Part shown: piece by piece, positions 43,490-51,657 of the stretch
Layout: every line of letters starts with the position of its first letter
Numbering within the stretch: position 1 is the stretch's first letter
Source of the DNA: an uncultured bacterium
GTDB taxonomy: Bacteria; Bacillota; Clostridia; Oscillospirales; Oscillospiraceae
NCBI GenBank assembly: GCA_905215475.1
Contig: CAJMPW010000001.1
Location: 111,109-175,108, forward strand
Reading direction: 5' to 3'
DNA: 64,000 bases
The notes under the pieces: generated by a model
What the model saw: only the letters and a program-made list of their open reading frames with translations
Database searches by the model: none
Told to the model about the DNA's origin: nothing
Position numbers and translations under genes: made by a program

Positions 43490-44332
43490 ATGAGCGACCA
43501 TCACAACGAAAACCCTGAAAATTGCACCCACGACTGCTCGAACTGCAGCGAAAACTGCGAGCACGCGACCGAGTCTCTGCAGCAGGCGCTGCGTCCGGGC
43601 GCCCGTGTTGACAAGGTCATCGCGGTCGTCTCCGGCAAGGGCGGCGTCGGCAAGAGCCTCGTGACGAGCCTGCTCGCCTGCGAGATGCAGCGCCGCGGCC
43701 ATCAGGCAGCCGTGCTCGATGCCGACATCACCGGCCCATCGATCCCGCAGGCGTTCGGCGTCCACGGCGGCGCCATGGGCGGCGAGGATTTTCTGTATCC
43801 CAACCGCACCCGCACCGGCATCGAGATCATGTCCATCAATCTCCTGCTCCCGAACGAGACCGACCCCGTCGTCTGGCGTGGTCCGGTCATCGCCGGCGCT
43901 GTGACCCAGTTCTGGACCGATGTCCAGTGGGAGAACGTGAACTATATGTTCGTCGATATGCCTCCCGGAACGGGCGACGTGCCGCTGACGGTGTTCCAGT
44001 CCCTGCCCGTGGCGGGCGTGGTCGTCGTCACGTCTCCGCAGGAGCTCGTCGGCATGATCGTCGACAAGGCCGTCAACATGGCCGACATGATGCACGTGCC
44101 CGTGCTCGGCATCGTTGAGAACATGGCCTACTACACCTGCCCGGACTGCGGCAAGCAGCACGCCATCTTCGGCGAGAGCCACATCGAGGCCATTGCCGCC
44201 AAGCATGGCATCCCGCACACGGCCAAGCTGCCCATCGACCCCGCCATCGCGGCGGCGTGCGATGCCGGCCGCATCGAGGACGTGCAGGGCGACTGGCTCG
44301 GCGCGCTGGCCGATGCCATCGAGGGCAAGTAA
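43490..44332 (+). CDS. apbC: Mrp/NBP35-family Fe-S cluster carrier ATPase (ApbC)
   Basis: Cys-rich N-terminus (CTHDCSNCSENCEH), deviant Walker A SGKGGVGKS, CPDCG near the C-terminus. Confidence 0.85.
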   Translation: MSDHHNENPENCTHDCSNCSENCEHATESLQQALRPGARVDKVIAVVSGKGGVGKSLVTSLLACEMQRRGHQAAVLDADITGPSIPQAFGVHGGAMGGEDFLYPNRTRTGIEIMSINLLLPNETDPVVWRGPVIAGAVTQFWTDVQWENVNYMFVDMPPGTGDVPLTVFQSLPVAGVVVVTSPQELVGMIVDKAVNMADMMHVPVLGIVENMAYYTCPDCGKQHAIFGESHIEAIAAKHGIPHTAKLPIDPAIAAACDAGRIEDVQGDWLGALADAIEGK

Positions 44333-44374
44333 TTTCCGTAAGAACAGAAAAACCCGGAGGTTTTCCGGCAGACT

Positions 44375-44409
44375 CAAAAACCGCTCTGCAAAATGCAGAG
44401 CGGTTTTTG
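44375..44409. terminator. Bidirectional terminator between apbC (+) and the DUF2804/dnaI/dnaD operon (-)
   Basis: aaaaaccgctctgca-aaa-tgcagagcggttttt. Confidence 0.8.
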
Positions 44410-44412
44410 GCC

Positions 44413-45456
44413 TTACCATTTGTTGATGACCTTCTCGGCGAAGCCGGGGAGGTCTTTTACGTTCAGCACCGTGCCGTCGTCAAGCACGGCGCGGCCGTTA
44501 AAGACGCCGAACACCTGATGCTGGTCGGACTTGATGAGCCCCACGTCCGAGCAGCTCGCGCGGTCGAGCACGGGGGTGTAGTCCATCTCGAAGCGGCCGT
44601 CGTCGCTCGTGAACGTCCACGGCTGCATATAGTCCGGCGTGCGTCTGCCGCTGTCTCCGGGGATGTGGAAGGTCACCTGACTGAGCTTGTGTGCGCGGCC
44701 CTTGTAAAAGAGCATATTCTCGCTCGCGGCGCTCGTGTTGCCGAAGCCGTAGCCGATGTTGAAGCCGAAACGCTCCCCGTCGACGAGCCCGGAGGCGCTG
44801 CCCCAGTACCACGTGTTTTTGTACGTCCATACGCCGCGCCCCCAGTCGAGCACGGCGAAGCTGTCCGCCGGGTCGAAGGTGTAGGTGCGGTTGCAGTAGC
44901 CGTAGGTCACCGTGCCCTCGGCGCGCATACAGTTGATCTTCTGGTTGAAGTAGAAGTGCTTTTCCTTGTCAAAGGGCGTGGCGATGACCATGGACTCGGG
45001 CGGGATGTCCGTGAGCGTCACCTTCGCGTACAGCGATCCCTCGGGACCGAAGTTGTCCATCTGTGCGATGAGTACGCGCTTGTCGCCCTCGTTTTTGAGC
45101 AGGATGCTGTAGTGCTTGCCGGAGCTGCTCACATCGCCGTGCTCGCTGCTCTCGGGCAGACCGATCTTACCGTTGGTGAACGCGCGCATCGGGCTTTTCG
45201 TGATCTGCCAGCCCTCATCGAGGTTGATGAGGGAGATGGAGTCGAGCCCCATGTAGCTGTTGTCCGCGATGGTCAGGGCGAGGGCAAAGTGCCCGTTGTT
45301 GACGCAGTAGTAGTCCCACTCCTTGATGCGCATTTTGCCGGCCTTGATGTCGCTGCGGCGATAGATGGGCAGCAGGGTCTTGGCATAGCCGGGCTCTGTC
45401 AGGTTGCCGCTCGCGTCGAGCAGGGGACGGCGCTCGGTGATCTCGTGCTGATTCAT
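44413..45456 (-). CDS. DUF2804-family protein
   Basis: ...MRIKEWDYYCVNNGHFALALTIADNSYMG...WYWGSASG...; start overlaps the dnaI-like stop by 4 nt. Confidence 0.7.
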   Translation of the reverse strand: MNQHEITERRPLLDASGNLTEPGYAKTLLPIYRRSDIKAGKMRIKEWDYYCVNNGHFALALTIADNSYMGLDSISLINLDEGWQITKSPMRAFTNGKIGLPESSEHGDVSSSGKHYSILLKNEGDKRVLIAQMDNFGPEGSLYAKVTLTDIPPESMVIATPFDKEKHFYFNQKINCMRAEGTVTYGYCNRTYTFDPADSFAVLDWGRGVWTYKNTWYWGSASGLVDGERFGFNIGYGFGNTSAASENMLFYKGRAHKLSQVTFHIPGDSGRRTPDYMQPWTFTSDDGRFEMDYTPVLDRASCSDVGLIKSDQHQVFGVFNGRAVLDDGTVLNVKDLPGFAEKVINKW

Positions 45457-46433
45457 GTTTCGCGCTCCTTTTTGATCTGCCGGATGTCCCGACCCGCGAA
45501 CGGGAGCGTCTGATATTCGCCCGCGATGCGCGACAGGATCTGCGGCGTGTATTTTTTCTGCAGCTCCTCGTTGGAGCAGTTGGTGCTGATGATGGTGGCC
45601 TTTTTGCGCGTCAGGCGCGTGTTGATGAGCGTGTAGAGGGCGCTCGTGGAGTAGGCCGTGATCATTTCCGTGCCGAGATCGTCGAGGATCATCAGGTCGC
45701 AGCCGAGATACTGCTCCACGCGCTGCGCGGCGGCCTCACCGTCGGCGCTGCTGCGCTGGAACTTTGCGCACTCGAACGCATCGAGCGCGCTCGCGGCCGT
45801 CTCGTAGGCGACGGAGTAGCCCGCGCCCGCGACCACGCGTGCGATGCACGCGGACAGATACGTCTTGCCCAGGCCCGTGCTGCCCTGCAGCAGCAGATTC
45901 ATCGTGCCGGGGTGAAACGTCTGCGCGAACGTGCGGCAGACCTGAAACACGCGCTCCATCTTCGGGCGCGCGCTCTCGTCATAGAGCGTGAGGTCAAAGT
46001 GCTCGAACGACTCGTCGCCGCTTTGCAGCAGGCGGCTGAGGTCGCGCGTGAGCTCGGCGTTGTAGCGCCGCAGCAGACACCGGCACGGCTGACCGTGGAT
46101 ATAGCCCGTGTCGCGGCAGTCGGGGCAGGTGTAGATGTCGTCGGTGTAGTCCACCGGCAGGTGATAGCTTGTCAGCAGCTCGGCGCGCTGCGCCTGCGTG
46201 TCAAGATTCGCACGCTCGAGCGCGCGCAGCTCGTCCGTCGGGTCGCTGCCGTGGCGCATCGTCAGACCGACGAGCGTGATCATCTGCTGCTGCAGCGTCT
46301 GGTCAAGTGTGCGCAGACCGGGCACGCGGCGATAGGCGTCGTCCACGCGGCGGCGGTGCTCGCGCTCATTTTCCGCGCGCTGCTGCGCGATCTGCTCGCG
46401 GGCACGCGCCAGATAGATCCCATTGCGGGCCAT
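45453..46433 (-). CDS. dnaI: DnaI/DnaC-type helicase loader ATPase with an N-terminal 4-Cys zinc module
   Basis: CPDCRDTGYIHGQPCRC; Walker A GSTGLGKTYL; Walker B LMILDDLG. Confidence 0.8.
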   Translation of the reverse strand: MARNGIYLARAREQIAQQRAENEREHRRRVDDAYRRVPGLRTLDQTLQQQMITLVGLTMRHGSDPTDELRALERANLDTQAQRAELLTSYHLPVDYTDDIYTCPDCRDTGYIHGQPCRCLLRRYNAELTRDLSRLLQSGDESFEHFDLTLYDESARPKMERVFQVCRTFAQTFHPGTMNLLLQGSTGLGKTYLSACIARVVAGAGYSVAYETAASALDAFECAKFQRSSADGEAAAQRVEQYLGCDLMILDDLGTEMITAYSTSALYTLINTRLTRKKATIISTNCSNEELQKKYTPQILSRIAGEYQTLPFAGRDIRQIKKERET

Positions 46434-46445
46434 GCCGGTCCCTCC

Positions 46446-47444
46446 TTAGGTGTTGGTCTGCTCCATCTTGCGGAGCATTTGTTCCACGCGATCGAGATCA
46501 TCGCGGTCGGCTGCGTGCGCGGCGGCAGCCGCACGGTGCTTGCCCGCTGCGCGCGGGTCGCCGCTGCTGATCTCGTCGAGCGTGTGCAGCCCTTTTTCGT
46601 GCCAGCTCATGAGGATGCGGTTGAGATAGGGCCACTTGCGCGCACCGGTCGCCACGACCGTGCGGTCATATGCCTCGGCGATCGCCTCGCAGTCAAAGCC
46701 CATGTCCAGCCAGCTCGTGATGTAGCCGCGCTCGGTGCGGCTCGGCGCACGGTCGCAGATCTGCAATACCTGCAGCACCTGCTGCGCAAGGTCGCGCCGC
46801 GCCTGACGCCGCTGCAAAAATTCCTCCGCCTGCGCCGTCGTGTGGATCTCCTGATCGGCCCATTCGTAGGCCTCCTTTTCGATCCGGCGCATCGTCGGCG
46901 TGCCGGCGTGACCGCGCTCGGCGCGGTATTCCTGAAAGACGTAGTGGATCAGCTCCATGAGCACGTCGGCCGGGAGGCCGAGATAGTCGCGCAGCCCGAG
47001 CAGCATATTCATTTCGGGTGTCGTGAGCTTGCGGCCGTAGAGCTGCTCGGCCTCGCGGCGCACGGTCTGCATGGGCGCGTCACTGAGCATCCGGGTGGAG
47101 ATGTCCTCCGCCGTGTACTGCGGCAGCTCGGCCGCAGGCACGAGCTTCGGCTCGGCGGCGCTCTGCCGGTCGGCTGCGGGCGCGGCACTGCGCTGCGCCG
47201 GGGCGGGCTGTTCTTTTCCGGCGGCGGAGACGAGCCCGAGCGCGCACAGGCGCTCCATCGTCTGGCGCAGTTCACGCTCGGTCAGGCCGATGCGCTCGGC
47301 AGGGAAGGGCTTTCCCCCGGCGCGCAGCAGCGCGAGATATACCAGGGCACAGCGCCCGTCCTTTTCCTGCAGCAGCTTGTCCGCTTCCTCGATCGGCAGC
47401 GACAGGCAAACCGGCCGCGACAGCGTAAATTCGGCTTGATCCAT
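46446..47444 (-). CDS. DnaD/DnaB(Bsu)-family replication initiation / membrane attachment protein
   Basis: N-terminal winged-helix region (..ALVYLALLRAGGKPFPAERIGL..) and C-terminal DnaD-like DDBH2 region (...YITSWLDMGFDCEAIAEAYDRTV...ILMSWHEKGLHTLDEI..). Confidence 0.75.
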   Translation of the reverse strand: MDQAEFTLSRPVCLSLPIEEADKLLQEKDGRCALVYLALLRAGGKPFPAERIGLTERELRQTMERLCALGLVSAAGKEQPAPAQRSAAPAADRQSAAEPKLVPAAELPQYTAEDISTRMLSDAPMQTVRREAEQLYGRKLTTPEMNMLLGLRDYLGLPADVLMELIHYVFQEYRAERGHAGTPTMRRIEKEAYEWADQEIHTTAQAEEFLQRRQARRDLAQQVLQVLQICDRAPSRTERGYITSWLDMGFDCEAIAEAYDRTVVATGARKWPYLNRILMSWHEKGLHTLDEISSGDPRAAGKHRAAAAAHAADRDDLDRVEQMLRKMEQTNT

Positions 47445-47486
47445 GCAATTACCCCTCGGGTCGATAGAAATTCATGATAGATTCAC

Positions 47487-47536
47487 ATTATAGCATGAAA
47501 ATTGACTTGTAGCAAGAGCAGCGCCTGTGTTATAAT
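47487..47536. promoter_or_regulatory. Divergent extended -10 promoters: TGcTATAAT (minus, dnaD operon) and TGtTATAAT (plus, U32 operon)
   Basis: rc of attatagca at 47487-47495; tgttataat at 47528-47536. Confidence 0.45.
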
Positions 47537-47569
47537 GCGATATGTATGACTATAACTAGGAGTGGGTCT

Positions 47570-49663
47570 ATGCTGGAATTGTTGGCGCCTGCGGGCAACC
47601 TCGATGCCGTCATCGCGGCGGTGCAAAACGGGGCGGACGCGGTGTACATGGGCTTTGGCGACGGGTTCAACGCGCGCCGGAGCGCAGATAATTTCACACG
47701 GGAGTCGTTTGCAAAAGCGGTGCGCTACTGCCATATCCGCGGCTGCAAGGTCTACGTCACGCTCAACACCCTCGTGGGTGACCGCGAGATGGAGTCCGCC
47801 GCCGCGCTCGCGCAGCAGGCGTCGGACGCCGGGGCGGATGCGATCCTCGTGCAGGATCTGGGGCTTGCGCGCGTGCTGCGCGACGCCCTGCCGGATATCC
47901 CGCTGCACGCGAGCACGCAGATGAGCATCCACAACCTCGCCGGAGTCGAGGCTGCGGCCGAGATGGGCATCACCCGCGCCGTGCTCTCGCGCGAGCTCTC
48001 GCTCGAGCAGATCCGCTTCATCTCGCAGCACGCGAGCATCGAGACCGAGGTCTTTGTGCACGGTGCGCTGTGCTTCTGCTATTCCGGTCAGTGCTATATG
48101 AGTGCGCTCATCGGCCGCCGCAGCGGCAACCGCGGCGCGTGTGCGCAGCCGTGCCGTATGCAGTACAGCATGGGCGGCCGCATGGACGAGTACCCGCTGA
48201 GCCTGCGCGACAACTGTCTGGCGGATTATCTGCAGCAGCTTGCCGACGCCGGCGTCGCCTGCGTGAAGATCGAGGGACGCATGAAGCGGCCGGAGTATGT
48301 CGCCGTGGTCACGGATGTGTACGCCAAGTGCATCCATGAGCACCGCGTGCCCACGCAGGAGGAGAGCGACCGTCTTGCGCTGGCGTTTTCGCGTCAGGGC
48401 TTCACGCAGGGCTACCTGCTCGGCGAGAAGGGGCCGGATATGCTCGGCACCCGCGCGGCCGAGCCTGACCGCGAGGCCGAAAAGATGTTCACCGCCGCGC
48501 GCAAGGCATATGCCGACGGTGAGCGCCGCCGCGTGCCCGTGAAGTTTTATGCCAAAGTGCGCGCGGGCGAGCCGGTCATGGCCGCCGTTGCAGATGAGGA
48601 CGGGCATCGCGCCGTGCTCACAGGGCCTGTGCCCGAGCCTGCGCAGCGTGCGCCGCTGACCGAGCAGAGCCTTGCCGATCAATTTGCCAAAACAGGCGGA
48701 ACGCCCTATTATTCCACCGGCACGGAAAGCCGCATCGACCCCGGGCTGTACCTTCCGGCGGCCGCCGTCAACGACCTGCGCCGCCGGCTCATCACCGGTC
48801 TGAAGGACGAGCGCGCGGCGCTGCCCGAGCGGCGCAGCCTGCCGCTGCCGCTGCGTCCGGAGGGCAAGCGCTATTATGCCGACCCCGTGCTCATCGTGCA
48901 GGTGCATCAGCCCGAGCAGCTCACGCCGGAGCTGGCCGCGCTGCACCCGGCGTATGTGTATGTGCCGGTCGAGATCCTGGACACGGCCTTTCCGCGCGTC
49001 GCCCCGTTTCTGGAGCAGGGGGCGCAGGTCGTGGCGGTGTTGCCGCGCGTCATTACGGACGATCAGGCGGAGGATATGCACGCGATGCTCTCCCGCGCCG
49101 CCGAAAACGGCGTGTGCGAGGCGCTCGTCGGCAACATGGGGCACATCTTCTTCGCCCGCCGCGCGGGAATGCGTGTGCGCGGCGACTTTGGGCTCAATGT
49201 CTTTAACTCCTACACCGAGGGAGTCTTGCAGCAGGCCGGGCTCGTGAGTGCGACGGCGTCGTTCGAGCTGCGCGTGGCGCAGATCCGCGACCTTGCCAAG
49301 GCGGTCGACACCGAGATGATCGTCTACGGCCGTCTGCCGTGCATGATCACCGAGCAGTGCATCATCCGCAACAGCGCGGGGCGCTGCAACTGCACCGTGC
49401 CAAACAATCTGGCCGACCGGCGCGGGGCGCTGTTCCCGGTGCTGCCGGCGTTCGGTCACCGCAACCAGATCTTCAACGCGCACAAGCTCTACCTTGCCGA
49501 CAAGCATGAGGACTATGAAACGGCGGGGCTCTGGGGCGTGCGCCTCATGTTCACGACCGAGACGCCGCATGAGTGCGTCGCGGTCACGCAGAGCTATCAG
49601 GGTCTGACGGATTACCGCCCCAACGGGCTGACCCGCGGACTGTATTATCGGGGCGTGGAATGA
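47570..49663 (+). CDS. Peptidase U32-family protein (long two-domain form; possibly an RlhA-like RNA-modifying enzyme)
   Basis: MLELLAPAGNLDAVIAAVQNGADAVYMGF...HASTQMSIHN...EVFVHGALCFCYSGQCYMSALIGRRSGNRGACAQPCR...; AGGAG RBS 7 nt upstream. An in-frame ATG at 47546 is an alternative (near-leaderless) start. Confidence 0.8.
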   Translation: MLELLAPAGNLDAVIAAVQNGADAVYMGFGDGFNARRSADNFTRESFAKAVRYCHIRGCKVYVTLNTLVGDREMESAAALAQQASDAGADAILVQDLGLARVLRDALPDIPLHASTQMSIHNLAGVEAAAEMGITRAVLSRELSLEQIRFISQHASIETEVFVHGALCFCYSGQCYMSALIGRRSGNRGACAQPCRMQYSMGGRMDEYPLSLRDNCLADYLQQLADAGVACVKIEGRMKRPEYVAVVTDVYAKCIHEHRVPTQEESDRLALAFSRQGFTQGYLLGEKGPDMLGTRAAEPDREAEKMFTAARKAYADGERRRVPVKFYAKVRAGEPVMAAVADEDGHRAVLTGPVPEPAQRAPLTEQSLADQFAKTGGTPYYSTGTESRIDPGLYLPAAAVNDLRRRLITGLKDERAALPERRSLPLPLRPEGKRYYADPVLIVQVHQPEQLTPELAALHPAYVYVPVEILDTAFPRVAPFLEQGAQVVAVLPRVITDDQAEDMHAMLSRAAENGVCEALVGNMGHIFFARRAGMRVRGDFGLNVFNSYTEGVLQQAGLVSATASFELRVAQIRDLAKAVDTEMIVYGRLPCMITEQCIIRNSAGRCNCTVPNNLADRRGALFPVLPAFGHRNQIFNAHKLYLADKHEDYETAGLWGVRLMFTTETPHECVAVTQSYQGLTDYRPNGLTRGLYYRGVE

Positions 49664-49683
49664 CCCGCCCGGGAGGAACGACC

Positions 49684-50256
49684 ATGAACTGGATTCTTGC
49701 CTCCGGCTCCCCGCGCCGGCGGGAGCTGCTGGAGATGCTCGGTGTGCCGAACCTGACGATCCGTCCGGCCAAGGGACCCGAGCGCGCGACGCCGGGCGCA
49801 GGACCGGAGCAGACCGTGCGCGAGCTTGCGCTGCACAAGGCGCAGGAGGTCGCGCAGACCTGCGCGCCGGAGGACATCGTCATCGCGGCGGACACGATCG
49901 TCTATCTTGACGGCGTGATCCTCGGCAAGCCGAAGGACACGGCCGACGCCGCGCGTATGCTCGCCGCCCTGTCGGGACGCGAGCACACCGTCTACACCGG
50001 CGTCGCCGTGCTGCGCGGCGGCGAGACGCGGCTGGCGGCCGAGCACACGGCCGTGCGCTTTCGCACGCTGACGCCGGCGGAGATCACGCGCTACATCGCC
50101 ACCGGTGAGCCGATGGACAAGGCCGGCGCCTACGGCGTTCAGGGGCGCGGGGCGCTGTTTGTCGCGCATCTGGACGGGGACTATTTCAACGTCATGGGCC
50201 TGCCGCTGTGCCGGCTCGGACAACTGCTGAACGAACTGGGAGTCGAGCTGCTTTGA
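49684..50256 (+). CDS. maf: Maf-like nucleoside triphosphate pyrophosphatase (septum formation protein Maf)
   Basis: MNWILASGSPRRRELLEMLG...DTIV..DG.ILGKP...AYGVQG...; GGGAGG RBS. Confidence 0.9.
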   Translation: MNWILASGSPRRRELLEMLGVPNLTIRPAKGPERATPGAGPEQTVRELALHKAQEVAQTCAPEDIVIAADTIVYLDGVILGKPKDTADAARMLAALSGREHTVYTGVAVLRGGETRLAAEHTAVRFRTLTPAEITRYIATGEPMDKAGAYGVQGRGALFVAHLDGDYFNVMGLPLCRLGQLLNELGVELL

Positions 50257-51101
50257 ACTGGAAAACATATCTGAAGAAAAAAGGTGCGCGCATCGGCGCG
50301 ATCGTGCTTGCGGTCGTGCTCGTGCTCGCGCTCATCGCCGGGGCGCTCGGCGGCAAGGCGGGATTCCTCACGAATCTCGACGGCATCGTGCGCGCGCCGC
50401 TGCAAAAGGCCGCGACCGTCACGGCGCAGTGGCTCGAGAGCATCTACGGCTACATTTATAAATATGACCAGCTCAAGGCCGAAAACGACCAGCTGCGCGT
50501 CCAGCTTGCCGAGGCGCAGGCGCAGGCGCGCGAGGGGCAGGAGGCGCTGGCGGAAAACGAGCGCTACCGCGAGCTGCTGGGCTTCACGCAGCGGCACACG
50601 GACTTCGAGCTTGAGCCGGCAAACGTCGTGTCCTACGGCGCGTCGAACTGGTCGAGCACGCTCGCGCTCAGCAAGGGCAGCGACTGCGGCATCGAGGTCG
50701 GTGACTGCGTCATGAACGAGGCCGGCGCGCTTGTCGGTCAGGTTATCGAGGTCGGCAGCACATGGGCGACCGTGCGCACGGTCATCGACGTGGACATGAG
50801 CGTCGGCGGCTACATCAGCAGCAGCGGCGCCACGGCCATGGTGCTCGGCGACTTCACGCTCATGCAGGACGGCTGCGTGCGCTTCGGCTACCTGGCCGAG
50901 GGCATGAGCATCTTCACCGGCGACACCGTGCTCACATCCGGCAAGGGCGGCGCGTTCCCGGCGGGGCTCGTCGTCGGCACGATCACCGATGTGCGCACCG
51001 AGGCCGGCGGTCAGCAGACCTACGGCGTCATCACGCCCGCGTGTGATCTCGGCGAGCTGCTGCAGGTGTTCGTCATCAAGGACTTTGATGTGGTGAGCTG
51101 A
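50253..51101 (+). CDS. mreC: Rod shape-determining protein MreC (TTG start overlapping the maf stop)
   Basis: N-terminal TM IGAIVLAVVLVLALIAGAL, coiled coil (YDQLKAENDQLRVQLAEAQAQ), C-terminal beta domain ...GDTVLTSGKGGAFPAGLVVGTI... Confidence 0.8.
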   Translation: MNWKTYLKKKGARIGAIVLAVVLVLALIAGALGGKAGFLTNLDGIVRAPLQKAATVTAQWLESIYGYIYKYDQLKAENDQLRVQLAEAQAQAREGQEALAENERYRELLGFTQRHTDFELEPANVVSYGASNWSSTLALSKGSDCGIEVGDCVMNEAGALVGQVIEVGSTWATVRTVIDVDMSVGGYISSSGATAMVLGDFTLMQDGCVRFGYLAEGMSIFTGDTVLTSGKGGAFPAGLVVGTITDVRTEAGGQQTYGVITPACDLGELLQVFVIKDFDVVS

Positions 51102-51102
51102 T

Positions 51103-51618
51103 ATGTGGGCGGATCTGATCAATAAGGAAAAGATACACCGCGCGCTCTGGTGCGCGCTGTACATGGCGGTCACCGTGATCCTGCAGACCACAGTCTTTGC
51201 GCACGTCGCGCTCTTTGGCGTGCACGCCATGTTCGTGCCGGCGGTCGTCGTGGCGGTCGGCGTGTTTGAGGGCGGCACATGGGGCGCGGTCTTCGGTCTC
51301 GTCACGGGCTATTTCTGCGCCATGAGCTACCCCGAAACGGGGCTGCTGTTTGCCGTGCTCTTCGCGTTCATCGGCTTCGGCGCGGGGATGCTCGCGGCAT
51401 ACCTCATCAATAACAGCATCTTCCCGTTTCTTGTGACGTGTCTGGCCGCGTTTTTGCTCACGGCCTTTTGCCAGATGTTCCGCCTGTGGATCTTCCACGG
51501 CGCGTCGTTCTGGCGGCTGCTCGCCGTGGCGCTGGGGCAGAGCGCGTTCTCGCTCCCGCTCGCCGTGCCGTATTACTACATCAGCCGTGCGTTTCACCGC
51601 CGGCGTGCCCAGCGCTGA
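51103..51618 (+). CDS. mreD: Rod shape-determining protein MreD
   Basis: Polytopic 171-aa membrane protein directly after mreC. Confidence 0.75.
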   Translation: MWADLINKEKIHRALWCALYMAVTVILQTTVFAHVALFGVHAMFVPAVVVAVGVFEGGTWGAVFGLVTGYFCAMSYPETGLLFAVLFAFIGFGAGMLAAYLINNSIFPFLVTCLAAFLLTAFCQMFRLWIFHGASFWRLLAVALGQSAFSLPLAVPYYYISRAFHRRRAQR

Positions 51619-51657
51619 GGCATTCAGCGCGCCCGTACCCCCGAAAGGATCTTCGCT

